This document shows positions 1-14,041 of a DNA stretch of 64,000 bases, piece by piece. The notes below the pieces were generated by a model. That model saw nothing but the letters and a program-made list of their open reading frames with translations, was not told the DNA's origin and did not search any database. The position numbers and the translations under genes are program-made. This DNA comes from Rotaria socialis (taxonomy: Eukaryota): NCBI GenBank assembly GCA_905331295.1, contig CAJNYD010000423.1:1-64000 (forward strand). The letters run 5' to 3'. The stretch's first letter is position 1. Every line of letters starts with the position of its first letter.

Positions 1-708
1 TTTCTGGTAGAATAGTCGTGTTTCGATGAAGAAAACCGTGGGCTACTAGCTGAATTTCATGTTTTTGCCATTCTGAATCAATATTGAAGGGCGATTTTCT
101 TGAATGAATCAATATTTCAAGAAAGTAAAGTTATACTTTTGTAGCGCAATATCTGCTGGCTCTAATAGCATATAGAACAGGGCTATATCTTTTAACAGAA
201 AAAAACTAGATAGACTTTTAAAAATGTTGCCAAGATGTCATATTTTGGATATTTTGGTCGATATCCTTTAAGAAATTCCATAGATAAATTTTCGGAAAGT
301 GACGTCTAAAATAGGTTAAATAGACGCAGCTTTTCACGAGGAATCCGAATAGACTATTTTAAAAATTCCAACAAAACGAAATTTCTATTAAAATTTCAAG
401 AAACATTGAAGATATCCATATTATTAGGAAAAATACGATTTTTCAACTGAATTGAAAAAAGTGGAAATATTTTCACATAATCATTTCAGAAGAAAAAATT
501 CAAAGACATACTCTTACTCAGCTCGACGAGCTCTATCTAATGGTGTTTAAAAGAAAGAAACAAAAAATTTCCTGTAATTTTGGATTATCCCCCCTATACN
601 ATTTCGAAAAGAAATTCAAAGACATTTATTCTTACTCAGCTCGACGAGCTCTATCTAATGGTGTTTAAAAGAAACAAAATTTGCTCTAATTTTGGATTAT
701 TCCCACCT
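1..708. mobile_element. End of a TA-flanked non-autonomous DNA element; left boundary not determined
   Basis: Ends ...ttttggattattcccacct|ta, resembling the terminus ...tttgaattacccgcacct|ta of the foldback element at 6747-7378. No ORF. The terminal ~110 bp is duplicated across the N at 600. Confidence 0.45.
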
Positions 709-790
709 TAGATAATAAGATTATTTAATCACATCTTGTTATTGATACCCTGAAATTGAAAGAGTACTACTAAAGAGCATTGATCGTAAA

Positions 791-1976
791 ATGAATCGTT
801 TCTTAACATCTATCCCACGATTAAACTTAATACCTAGTTTACCTAAAAACCCATTGGATTATCCAATTATATTGGTTGGTGCTGGTGCAATCGTTACGTT
901 AGGACATTTACCCGCTTATAAAATAGCTGGATTCCCTGTCAAAGGTATTTATGATACAGATCGACAAAAAGCATTGGCAGTAGCTAGTAAATGGAATATT
1001 CCGAAAGTCTATAATACAATCGACGAAGCATGTGCAACAGCAAACAATGAAAATGTTATCTTTGATTTAGCTGTTCCATCCAAACAGATAGAATCGATTC
1101 TTAAACAACTTCCAATAAATTCTCATGCACTCATTCAAAAACCAATGGGTGAAAATCTTGCACAGGCACAATCAATTGTTAATATATGTAAACAACGTCA
1201 AATTTCTGGCTCGATAAATTTTCAACTTCGCTATGCACCCTATATTGTTGCTCTTAAAGATGCTATTCAGCGTGGTTGGCTAGGTGACCGATTAACAACT
1301 ATTGAAATACATGTGAATGTACATATCCCATGGTCATCATGGCCATTTCTCACAACTGTGCCACGAACTCACATATCATTCAGTACATTATGTCGATTTG
1401 ATACGTGATCTTTCAAAGCCGTATGAACCGAGTACTGTTAATTGTCGTAGTAGTCGACATGCAGCGATGCCACATTTATCACCAGTTCGATCGTCTTACT
1501 CATTTGAATACAAACATGATCCAATGTTATATGTAAATATTTATACAAATCACCATCATCGATGGGGTACCAAACATGCGCAATCTTATTTATTAGTTGA
1601 AGGAACTCGAGGTGCAGCTAAGGCACAATTAGGCGATAATCTTGCATACGGAGAAAATATAGAAGGAAAACAAACAGATTATTTACAAGTAAAACTCCAA
1701 TTGTTTTACAGCTGATTGACAATATTTGTCCGAGTATTCTTTTTCTAGATTTGTTCGGATGAAATTACGGATGGCAAATGGATTGATATTGATTTGGAAG
1801 CACGAAGCCGTTTTCCACATGCATTCATAGGGCCGATGGCAGCAGCTATACGTCGATGCGAAAATAAGAATGATCAGCCGTTAACTGATATTGAAGATGC
1901 ACTTAAAACCACGGCAATACTCGAAGCTGCATGGAAAAGTTCAACGAATAACATGACCCCGATTGATTACGAATAG
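791..1976 (+). pseudogene. Gfo/Idh/MocA-family NAD(P)-dependent oxidoreductase, bacterial-like, with one intron and a frameshift (pseudogene or assembly error)
   Basis: Rossmann motif ILVGAGAIV..HLPAY, QKPMG, NFQLRYAP, YHSVHYVDLIR, FPHAFIGPM, and DIEDALKTTAILEAAWKS. Intron 1689-1748 (gtaaaa...ttctag) joins YLQ to ICSDE in frame. The frame changes at ~1364 (cca c gaa ctc). Spliced length is 1126 nt, not a multiple of 3. Confidence 0.85.
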
Positions 1977-3293
1977 ATTGATTAATATTCGTTAGTCATT
2001 TTATTATTGTCAAAGTGCTCGTTATATTTAGAATTATTTTTTTAGCTTCAAAAACTGTGTTTTTCTTCGTCTCCTCGTCATTTTTGGTTAATGAACAGAA
2101 ATTCCTGTTCTTTATTTTTCATTTGTGATGTCAATATATACATGAGGCACAGCATTGACTTGAAAACATCCTCTTACACCCGATCAGGACAATTGAGTTC
2201 GTGATTGTTTCATCTTTTAAAAAAAGTACAAAAACAAGGAGTAGTCAAATGATTAGGAAACAATTTAATCAAAATATTACTCAATAATTATAAACTTTTC
2301 ACATAACAAAACTTAATCAATATAGAGTTGAATGGATGAAATCATTATTTAGGTTCATTAATTTCATAGTAACAAACAAAAGCATATTTTAGGGATAAAT
2401 ACATTTAAAAAATCTTCATGACATTCATTCAGAAGATAGTTTACTATAGATAATATGATTCAATGAATATAGCCCATATCTATAATGTAAATTTCCTTAA
2501 TATAAATATCAAAGATTAAATTTCCGAGTGTTCATCCTACACGAATCTATATCTATTCTTGTACAAAAGAAAGATTCTATTACGTTAACTTAAGCGAATA
2601 AGACCCAGAATCGCATGGTCATCTTTTGATCTATTTACAATGCATACTTGATTTTATATTTTATTTTTTTCTACTCATTATCTTTGAGGCAAAACTTAGA
2701 CGAGTAAGATTCTTAGTGATTGTACTCCGATAGAATTAGAGAAACAGAACTATATGTGTTAGAAGATATATATATATATATATATGTAATCGCTTCTAAA
2801 AATAAACAATGTTCCACTTTTGTTAATGTGTATACATTATCAGATAATTTAACTTAAAACATTTTATGACGATTATCTACCGACTAGTGATCCAAAAGAG
2901 TCATGTCCTAGAAAAATTTATAACAAAAGAAAGAAACAATAATAGTCTCCCAGAATCATCAAACATATATTTATAACAGAGAGTCATTTTTACTTCACAT
3001 AAATAGATTATTGACCACAAAAAACAACAAAAATTCTTTCCAAGAAAAGATCATTCAGTGAGATTTTTCCATAGTCACTTTTGAAGTTTCTTTTATATGT
3101 ATAATCAAAATCGATCATATCAGCAGCAACAACAACAAACAAGAAAGAAGAAGACGAAATGTTCATTTAGTTTATTACGAATTTTTCCATTTCATGTCTT
3201 TGTCTTGAAAATTTTATATCATACGCAAATATAAATGCAACGGGTAATATAAAAGAATAACTACTTTCAGTAATATTAATTTTATTAAATACA

Positions 3294-4703
3294 TTATTTT
3301 ACATTTTGATTTTCATCATCGCCTTGATTATTTAATAAATAGCTTGATCGTCTTCCCATTTCTCGTGAATTATGAATTGTCGATGATAATGTTAGGGCAC
3401 CACAATTTGTTTGACTTGACCATGAATGTTTATCGTTAGCACGACAGTTTACTCGTTGAATATCTAGATATTTTGTATTATTATTATGATTTGTTTTTGA
3501 AACAGTATGATTTTTATTTAATTTCATTGATGGTAAAACAACAACAGATAATGAACGACATCGTGGTTTGTCTTCAGAATCAACAGCAACTCTATTTGAT
3601 TGTTGAGGTGTTGATATTCGACGTAGATTAACAGCGTTCATCATATCTGTTTGAAATATTGAAGCAAAACTTGGTTTACTTTTCATACGTATGGTGTTCA
3701 TTAAAACATGTCGGAATTCTGTGCCAGATAAACAATAACTTAGAATACTTGCGTAATTAAAATACATCAATATATTATAAATGGTCCATTGTATTCTTCG
3801 ACAACGCATTACATCAATAGATGATTTATTTGATAATAAATCGATAATAAATGCTGTGACTGGTAATGTTGTGGCAACGAATACGAACGATGAGCATATC
3901 ATCATAAGACAAAGTGAACGTAAACGATTTGTTGCTTTTGAACGGCTAACTAAATCAGTCTTTTTACCTGAACCTGATACAAGAAAAACCCGGTTGATAA
4001 CAGTTAAATTACATAAAGTAATAAATAAAAATGGGATTATTGTTACAAGAAACATATCAATCCATGTATAGATATGTTCAAAAAAATATACATAATCTTC
4101 ATGTAGATAACATTGATGATATTGGAATGGATTAACGGTTGATCGATTAGCACTCAAAGAATGATGATTATCATTATTATTATGATCACCATTTTGAACA
4201 AATATTAATAAATGAACATTAGCTAAAAATAAAATTGTAAATACAATGGTTGAATTAATTGTTGCTTGTCGGGTACGACACCATTTCGATGTGTAGATAG
4301 GAAATTTAACAGCAATATAACGATCTAAATTTAAGCAACATCGAAACCAAGATGATAAATGAAGAGTATTACTAAAAACATAGAATTTTATTTATTTATT
4401 TATGTTTCCATCAAAATAGTTGACTCACTAGAAAAAGAAAACATGTAATTTACATAAAATGGTTCCATGAATATGGATATGAAAACTTGACGATAAGAGT
4501 AATTCACGTAATAAGCCAATATATAAAACAATCGTGTCCGCAAGAGACATAAATGTTAGGTATCGATATACACTATGTTGTCGCATTTGAATCAAAACGA
4601 TGAATGATAAAAGATTCCCTAGTGTGCCAACAGCAAGTAATATCGGATAAGTATATAATTCGATTTGTCGCGCAATATCTTCTCTTTCTGAACAATTCAT
4701 CAT
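3294..4703 (-). CDS. Rhodopsin-family peptide-type GPCR, ~450 aa; exons 4703-4429 and 4371-3294
   Basis: TM1 GTLGNLLSFIVL, TM2 MSLADTIVL, LCKLHVF, LDRY motif after the intron (4428-4372, gtgagt...ttttag), TM5 IIPF, TM7 followed by YCLSGTEFR. Confidence 0.9.
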
Positions 4704-6746
4704 TCAATGATAACCACCAAACTTACATAATAGCTGATTCCTAGAATTAAAAAAAAAGAAAACATACAATTCTTCTGTAGTTAAAAATAGTTGGAGAGAC
4801 ACTCTTATCTAAACATAATCAAAAATGATGAATACCAACTGATTATATTATCTTTTTCAAAGAAGAAGAAAAGCCTATAAAGAACATCATATAATATAAT
4901 TATGATTAACGTATAGAGAGTCTTGCTAAAGTATAGTAATAGTTAAAAATACAAGCAACCTTTCATCACTCGAAAATATTGCGTTATTCATCAAGTGGTA
5001 ACTACTAAGAGAAGAACATAAAGCATACTAGATATTTAACAAACTGAATTAGTAGTTTCCAAAAGACATATAGAGAAAAAGCTATGATAAAGCATTTGCA
5101 TTTGTCGTCAATTATCAGAAGAAGACAAAAAGACATTATTTAAAATTGGATAAATTTAGATTAAAAAACAAAACAAGTCTTCTTTTTCTTTGTCATCATA
5201 TCATTAAAAAAAAACTTTCCTGACGACTAGCAAGAAGATAAGTGTAAAAATAACTATGCACGGCTATATATGATGATGTGACATGTCATAGGGTTCCCAA
5301 GTGTATATAACATTATTTTTGCTGTTGATTGTTCATTGTTCTTATATTCGTCAAGTGGAAAGAACACACTTATCTTATTGCTATGTTTTTGTTATTATCA
5401 TCTTTATTACTCGGGAAAGCCAATACTACTGTTTTTCTTATCTCTATATACGTATATGTATGTCAAGAATCTTATGGTTTTATTACGTTTTCATCAGTTG
5501 GTAGACCTATCTTTCATCATTGTTTGTCTAATATAGTTGTATGTACTAATATGACAACATACAATCTGTGTCTATTGACACAACATTCGAAAGAAGTAAC
5601 GACAGAAACATGGAAGAAATTTGAATGAATACACACCTGCTTTATTGAAATGAACTGTTTCAGTATGGTATTTGTCTTTGGATTCTAACAAAAAAAATAA
5701 TAATGTNNNNNNNNNNGCTATTGGTTGTCACGGTTGCTCGACTATTATTTTTTCTATGTGCGAAGACATATCGTCAGAGAGAATAGAGAAAAAGAAAATA
5801 TAACTAGCACTATGGATAGCTATATCGGGAAAATTGCCGTAAATAATACAACTACTAGCTTATCTTTTTACAAAAACGACATTTAGGTATATTTGAATTA
5901 ATATGAAGGATTTTTTCTAATGATTTTCCTCTCTCTCTCTCCATAAATATATCTTTTTTTCATGAATTTTTATATTTATAATGATATTTCAAGCGATTAA
6001 TCTGCCCTATGCGGTCTTTTTTTCTATAATAAGCAAGAAAAAAAACACAATTCTAAAGTGGAATGTCAATCCAAATTAACGTTAAGCATTTCTCTTGTCT
6101 TCTTTTCTCATCTATGCGTGTAGAAACAATAATCAATGAATAATACATGCAGCTATCACGTCACATATAGAAATAAAGAGGTCAATATAAATAGTTGCAT
6201 CATTCCAGATGGAAGAAACTAAGAAGTAACAGGAGCTTTATCCCTCCTCGAGTGCTAGCTCGATAACACTTTCTCAATTCAAGTCCAAGGCTACATTCAT
6301 TGCCATTATCATCATTATTATTATCATAAAGTCAATACATTTGTCGACGTTATACAGATGTAAATGAGGTATACTGTTATCCGTGTAGAGAGCTATGCTA
6401 GCCATTTTTCTATTCAACAGACTTTTCAATTTACATAAAACAGAGATATACAATTTCTTTTTCAAATGAACAACAAAGTATATAAAAGAAACATATAAAT
6501 ACTATAAATATTGATAAATTCAAATTCAAACGATTTCAAAACAAAAACTTGCTCATTCTTAGAAATAAACAAGTAGCTATTCAATTCTCTTACTTGTTTA
6601 TCGTAACAACTACGATCAAAAAGAAAATTTTAAACTATCTCTTTCATTATTCATTGTAGCCGATGCGTTCATAATTAGTAGAACTTTGTTCTCGAAAACA
6701 CACACGACTGGGCAAATGATTAGAACATCAAGTGAGTACCATACTA

Positions 6747-7378
6747 AGATGCTGGTAAATTCAAAATTACAGCACCTCTTCTTTTTTTGCTTAAACATGT
6801 ATCATAAGATTCTCATTTTTACGTTGATCACGAATATCTACTTAGTTTTTCAATTTAACAAAACATTCGTGGAGAAAAACGCAAGATACTAAGAGGATCT
6901 AAAAATCAGGCAAAAAATTCTTTTACAACAAACAACNTGACAAAACATTCGTGGAGAAAAACGCAAGATACTAAGAGGATCTAAAAATCAGTCAAAAAAT
7001 TCTTTTACAACAAACAACGTGTATTTCTCTAATGTTACACTTTTCACTCTCACCAATATGATTTTAGAATTCCTCATCGAAAAACAAGTCTAGCAGTAAC
7101 ATATATATGTTACTGCTAGACTTGTTTTTTCATGAGGAGTTCTAAAATCATATTGGTGAGAGTGAAAAGTGTAACATTAGAGAAATACACGTTGTTTGTT
7201 GTAAAACAATTTTTTGACTGATTTTTAGATCCTCTTAGTATCTTGCGTTTTTCTCCACGAATGTTTTGTCAAATTGAAAAACTAAGTAGATATTCGTGAT
7301 CAACGTAAAAATGAGAATCTTATGATACATGCTTAAGCAAAAAAGAAGAGGTGCTGTAATTTTGAATTACCCGCACCT
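6747..7378. mobile_element. Foldback/MITE: near-perfect palindrome flanked by TA
   Basis: Arms mirror each other around agcagtaacatatatatgttactgct (~7105). Termini are agatgctggtaaattcaaaattacagcacc and ggtgctgtaattttgaattacccgcacct, with TA on both sides. The left arm has an ~80 bp duplication at the N at 6938. Confidence 0.85.
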
Positions 7379-9837
7379 TACGCAAATTCTTTATTGGTAA
7401 CACAGAAAAAAGACGAATACGTGTGAAGTCAAACTATTGCCAATTATTATACTATAAAAATTCCCCTTTATTTCCGAAAATGTCGACAAAATATTCGCTT
7501 TAGAACAGCGAACTCTTTTGATTGAAGAGAGAAAAACTTCTCTACAATTTTTTTCTCCGTGAATAACTTAACTACCAAGAATACTAAGATTTTGACCAAT
7601 TACAATAAATATTCTATTTAAAAGGCGAACGATTACACTTGATACCATTATATTCTAGGCAATGAACCAGAGAAGAGATTAGTATGAAACAGAATGCCAA
7701 AAATATACATAGAGTATTGTTCTCATGAAATAATTTCATTAAATCCTATAACGTCGAAAATGACTCAGTATATTTATTGATCATGTTTGATTTTTTTTCA
7801 CTAATGAAATCTAAATTATCTTCTCATCGATCAATTCTTTCGATCAGTATTAATCGTTTCTTTCCTCAAGAGAATACTTATTTTATATTTATTCAGTACA
7901 ACTCATGTAAAGCGGAAGCTTCTATTAAATAAATCTTTTTCTCGATGAAAGAAATATTCTTTGACAATATAGACTATCTCACCAGTCAACATCTTTATTT
8001 CAGAAGTTATAGGGGTATTTTTCTTATAAAACAGCTATGCCACTCCTACTTATTTTTAAGAAGTGTTCTTACTTAATCACATTTATACAATCGTCAGAAT
8101 GATTTGCTCGTTTTCATTCTATCGTATGCAAGACATTTCTAAATGTTTTGATTACAAAATATACACCACACTCACGAAGTCTTTATATCGTTATGATCAA
8201 TGTTGCATTTGTTTTTTTTTGTCTTACTCGCTCAGTTACACAATGTTGGATTCAATTTCCGCTACTGTGCTATACTATCCTACGTATAAGATTCAATCAT
8301 CATTATTCTAATAACTTGATACATCATTAGATAACATAATTACCAAAAGAAAAATTATCTCTACTTTCAAAAAAGAAAAAGGGAAAGGAAAAACATTCTA
8401 TTAAGAATTGAAAATATTTCTATAAATCCATCGCTAACTTTCAGATGGCATAAGATGAATGATTACTTTAAATAAAATATCTATTGCCCATAAATATTCA
8501 GATCACAACGTATTTTAAGGAAAGGCGAAGACGTGTAGTATATTATTCATTATAAGGATTCTATGTAATAAAGTACACAGAATGAGTTTTGTAATATGAA
8601 GCTTTCCGCGAACTGGACTCATCGTTTATTTGATTATAAAAATATTCGAATTAATGGCACTGCCTAGTGAAGTGAAATAGAAGTCTTCGCATAATTTAAG
8701 AACTAAAAGTATTGCTTTTGAAGTTATACAAACCAATTAAATATGTCTACAATAAACAAGGTTTGTAATCAACGAAAGTCATCAGAGTTTATCGTAGTAT
8801 ACACACTTTATAATACATTAATGCATGGAAGTCCTTAACTAACTTGTAATGTATTGTTCCGATCTGTTCTAGTTTTATATTCGTGAAAATAATAGAATAC
8901 AAATATCAAGAAGACTCTCAACAGTTGGCAACTAAATTCTATCTAAAAAAAAACACTCAATACTACTGCTCAGCATTGTTTTGATTATCTCATACTTATC
9001 GACTTTTTCTTTCGTCTCTTCTATCGAAGAGAATGCTTCATCACGTGAAAATACTAATTTCATAGAGCAAATAAACAACAAAATACAATTTCCTATTATG
9101 CACAAAGACTATTTAGCAGCTTGGAAATTCGTAAAACAGTTTCAAAAATAACTGGATAGCTCTGTGTTCTGTTAACAACATATCAAGAAGTAACTATTTC
9201 GCATCACGTATCACAAACATAGATAACCTCACAACCACTCCGTATGATGTACTTTACACCGCAATAAAAAGAAAATAGAAGCACTACACAATTCTTCAAT
9301 AGAGAATGTAATTTGATATTTTCTAAGTTCGTTATTTCTGAAATAGCGAACAAAAAGTTGGCACAACTACTAGACTCGCCGTGTTTTGCCAATTAATACA
9401 AAGACATATCAACAAGTATACATGAATGAATTACTGTGAGCATTGTGAATCATTCATTATTAATTGCTAAAATCGGTTCCAAATTCCATTGCATAATATC
9501 AATAGAATTCAAAGCAAAAACATCTAAACAATGATAATGAAATGCAAACGTCATTTTTGATAAAAGAAACATGATCCTGAATTTTACATTATATTCATAT
9601 CGCGAAAACATATCAATCTTTTTAATGATGTCTTGCAGGACACGAAACCAAGTGAAATTTTCGAGATCATCGTATCATCAGAAATATAACTTTGTAATAT
9701 ACATTCAAGATTCACTAAAGAAAAACAAACCAATCCAAACTATTTCCTATGAAATATTGTACATCGTGGTCAGACGTTATCATGGTTATCGTATATTTAT
9801 TGAATTTTAAAAGCATACAAACATTGAATAAAATAGT

Positions 9838-10574
9838 CTACGATAAACAAAGATGAATGGGACCTGGATTTTCAATTAATTTTTTTGTTATAATTCGTCC
9901 ATGGGCAAGTTTTTTTGCGTGACGATATATTTTTAGTTCTTGCGTATATTGTTGTTCAAACATTGATATGTACGTTTGTGGTACGCAATATTCTTTACAA
10001 AATGAATGTTGAAAAAACTCTGCATAACCACCATCAAGCAAATAAATGGAAGGAAATGATAAATATGGATAATTTGCTATATTATATTGACGATCTAATG
10101 AACGAAATAAACGACATAAACGTGGACCACGTTCAGATGAAAATTCACAATGAAAGACAATTATCGATGGACGACATGTGGAAGACATCAATTTAGTAAA
10201 TAGCAAACGTAGATCGTTTTCAGTATAAACATTAATAGCTGCACTTATATGACCACCAGAATATTCAAATGGATAGCGAGCATCAATAATCAATAAATTG
10301 TTTGTTTGTTTATTCAAAAGCGATACCAACTAAAAGTCGTATAGAAACATTTAATATCGAACAAATTTCAATATTTTTAATCTATTACCGTTAGTGATGA
10401 TATACGCTTAAGATCACGATGAGATGAACGTTGAACTAAGGGTAATGATGATTGTTGATCGAAAAGAACTTGAAGATTTTTCACAACAGTTGAATTCGTT
10501 GTTAGCATATTAGAATTTGAACGATCAAGTGGTGATACAAATAATGGTGATAGTGATTCGAGACGATGAGACAT
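9838..10574 (-). CDS. cdc25: Cdc25-family (M-phase inducer) phosphatase, ~225 aa; exons 10574-10389 and 10329-9838
   Basis: LKRIS..L, IIDARYPFEYSGGHI, catalytic HCEFSSERGP, DR..N..YP.L.FP.IYLLDGGY, YCVPQTYISM. The 59-bp intron 10388-10330 is phase 0. Confidence 0.92.
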
Positions 10575-11366
10575 TACTGCGAGCTAGAATTAAGAAATGA
10601 AATGGATAACAATATCATCAAAATATTTTTTTTCCAGCTATACACAAGATCATTTCAATCATCTGCATGATATACTTATGATGGCTGTATGATCAAACAA
10701 CGCAAGACGATTTTTCAATTAGTGGTTTGATTACTTGTCATGTTTTTTTATGGCTTCTTAATTGGTTAAACTGTATACGTGTATTTTAATAGATTATATC
10801 GAATGCATGAATTACGAATATAAGCAATTAGTAGTATAGTAACAAAATCAGTGGAAAAAAATTTGTCCATCGTCTCTCGCATAAGATTAATTTCGGTGGT
10901 TCTTGTCATGATACGTTCTATGGGAAATAAGAAATGCTAAATTTTATGAATTTATTCAATGAAAATAAATCGCGTTCGTTGTGTTTTTTTTTTGTAAATG
11001 TATCACAACGATTGAAATCCATAGTTTTGGTTTATGCATTGTTTTTATTACAGAAATTTTTGTACCACTGAGAAAAAAAAGCAAAAAGAATACTTTCTTA
11101 CCGCCATTGCTTTTTGGAAATGAAGAAATGTTCGAAACGCCGAAGTGTTTTATAGAGCGACAAATGATTCGCATATCGTCTCTGATTATCAATCAATAAT
11201 TATGATACGGACAGATGGAGATTTTGTTTTCTTTTATTGTCAACTATCAATATAACAATTTAAGATGAATAGAATTTAAAAAGAGTGCACCAGAAGGAAA
11301 AATAAACACACAATCATATAGTATGACAAATTTGTACGTTAGGAAATAAAAAGTCGTGTCTTAGAT

Positions 11367-14041
11367 TTAATGAAATATTGGATCGTTTGGGTCTGAATAT
11401 GCATGAGAAAAAAGTTCGAATTCATAATCAATTAATTGCCGAAGAAAACCAACATTAGGACAAACAATCGGACGTCGATGTCTTAAATATTTAAAAGCCT
11501 CGAGTAATGTAGCATTATATGTTTTCATTAAATACGAAAGAATCAATGTTGTTGATCTTGATATACCTAAATTGCAATGAACAAGTATACGATTTGATGG
11601 ATTTTGAAATGCTGAATCCATGAAACGAATTGTTTCATCAAAACGATCTTTAAGCAAAACATCTTCCATGTCTTCCAATTGTAAATGTAGATATTTTATT
11701 TTGTCAGGAAATACACATTGATGTTCAACAGATATATTTATAATGTGAGTTAATTTAAGATCACGTATAACTTTCCAATTAGTTGCCTGATGGCCAGTAC
11801 CTAATCAAAAGGAAAGAAAAGAAACAAGGAAAATTCTAAGAAACGGCTGGTTTAATTTGTTTTTATGCTTACCAAGATAAAGTTGATTATCAATAACAAC
11901 GGATGGATAAATAGTAAGGAATTTTTCTCGATCTACAGTTGAACGCACATCCGTTTGTGTACAAATGAAGGGAAAAAATGTCCGAAATGCTTCAAACCCT
12001 CCACTTAATGTTAAACATGCTTTCGTACCCGGCGTCGCAAAACGATTATAAACACGACGCATTTCTGTTGTTGTATTGAAAAAAATTCCTTTGTCATCAT
12101 ATAAAATTATTTCACTAAATCGTTCAACAATGGATATATAAACAGTACCATTTAATGCATCTTCCCAATGTATGGCTAGAACAAGAAATGAAAAGTTGTT
12201 TAATAAAATGAATTCTATTGAAAAGGCCAAGTCTGGTTTCCAATAGTAATTATAGTTCAGATGATCAGACGATCGAATCTTATACTGAGAGGCTTCGTGA
12301 ATATATTAAGTGTATAGCTGAGTTATCGTCGCTACTTAAAAGTAATCATCGAATTTCTTCTTTCAAAGTTCTATATATTTCCTAGTGAAAATCCTTACAC
12401 ATCGTTCTTCTAAAAGAACTGAGGGAATTTCAAGTATCGTCACTAGTATTTTAAAAAAATGGAAATTTAAAACTACAACTTTAGTTCCGGACCGGGAACT
12501 AAAATCTGTTGGCTAAAGATTGTCGGTACACTTAAAGAAGTCTGAATAGTAAGTTTTATTTCAATCGAACAGACTCCAACTAATACTTGAAAGAATGAAG
12601 TGACTTCACCATTATTCACTTCAGTGACAGTTTTTACCTTTAGGGAGAGGCGTATGTGACGGCTTATATCATAAGAATCGATTGAATCTATTGGAATTCA
12701 AAAAACAAACCAAGTATACTATTTCCTGAAAAGCTTTCATACCAGGATGCTAGTGAAGAAATGATTGTAGAAAAGAAAACTTCAAATTGATCAGTAAGAA
12801 TTAGTGCAATATTATAATGCACAGTATATAATTGTTAAGTAATACTTTTGGATTTATTTAGTAATTTAGAAAAATCCTAAATGGAAATATTCCTATTTTC
12901 ATTCTTTCACAGTAGTAGTTGTCTTCGATCGGAAATTTAAAAACCGGTTTATTTTGTTGGTATCGAAAACAAAATTTATTTCAGGATAGTTAAACAAACA
13001 AGCATGCCAGAATAGGTCATTGTTCACTACAGCAAATTCTATTTTCCTCTTTAATAAAATATGTGACGCAAGCGATAGTTGATTTATGCCAATGAAAAAA
13101 AAACTACTATTATTTCTGTATTTTTTTAAATTTGATTCAATCTATTGCTACAATAGAAAAAGACAGAATGAAAAAGAATGCCTATCCTTTTTAGCATAAC
13201 ATGACTGTGCGTCAATAATTGATAAGAAACAATAGAAAACTAGAAATCACTCGTGAGAATAAAGCCATGAAGATGCCTTTACTAGTCCAAATGACATAAT
13301 TAAAATTAAAATTAGCAGATCATGGAAAAACAAGGAAATTAATGCTTATTGTAAAAAGAAAAACAAGGAGATTTCTTTTTATTATCGTTGACCTATTGCA
13401 TTTGTTTGGTTTAATTAGGTCAAGTTGTCATTTTCTTTCAGGTACGAAATAGGAACAAGCGACTTACCTGTGATAATATGACTCTCATTAAATTTTTCTC
13501 TCGATCGACAATCAATAATATACAAATAATGAGCCAACATAAATAAATATTGATTTTCTAATCCATAACCCATCATATTAAATAATTTTGATGGTGTAAC
13601 ATAACCTGGTTGACAGGCTGTTGTTGGTAACATACATTTAAGTTTCGATGGAACTCCTGTTGGAGGATGAGAGTGATAATTATGGTTCACAGTTTTATCA
13701 CTACCAGATCCGCCGATATTTGCTTGTTGCTGTTTAATATTGTTCGATGCAGACATAGTGGATTGAACATCAGTATTGGATCGTCCTCTCGTAGGCGGAA
13801 GTGCATCATGATTAAATTGGCGCCGAGATGGTTGAGCAGCCGTTGACGCAGAAGTTGCGTTTTTTTGGACTGATCCACTATTTTTTCTAGGTGAATCTGA
13901 TGTTCTTTTCGAAGGCCTTTTTTCCTCCATTGAGTCAGCATCTTCGTATTGTGTTGAAAGATGAGATGATATATTATAAGATTTTTGTGGACTACTCGGT
14001 AATGATAATGAATTACGTTCAACAGCACGAGTTATTGGCAT
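11367..14041 (-). CDS. Rhodanese + dual-specificity phosphatase, STYXL1/MK-STYX-like, ~436 aa; exons 14041-13468, 12175-11873, 11800-11367
   Basis: Rhodanese domain YIIDCRSREKFNESHIITA...LSGGFEAF. DSP domain YPSVV..LYLG, LEDMED, VHCNLGISRS, AFKYLRHRRPIVCPNVGFLRQL. Splice phases are consistent and the spliced length is 1311 nt. Confidence 0.88.

Noticed and set aside
481..708. Tandem duplication of ~110 bp
   Set aside because: The copies abut a single N (600) and differ slightly, typical of overlapping contig ends from two haplotypes.
6860..7018. Tandem duplication of ~80 bp in the palindrome arm
   Set aside because: It straddles the N at 6938 and is absent from the mirror arm, so it is a scaffolding artefact.
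5301..9810. Numerous 60-100 aa ORFs (also at 15.1-15.5 kb and 40-48 kb)
   Set aside because: Low-complexity F/L/I/K-rich translations of AT-rich or microsatellite DNA, with no motifs or splice support.
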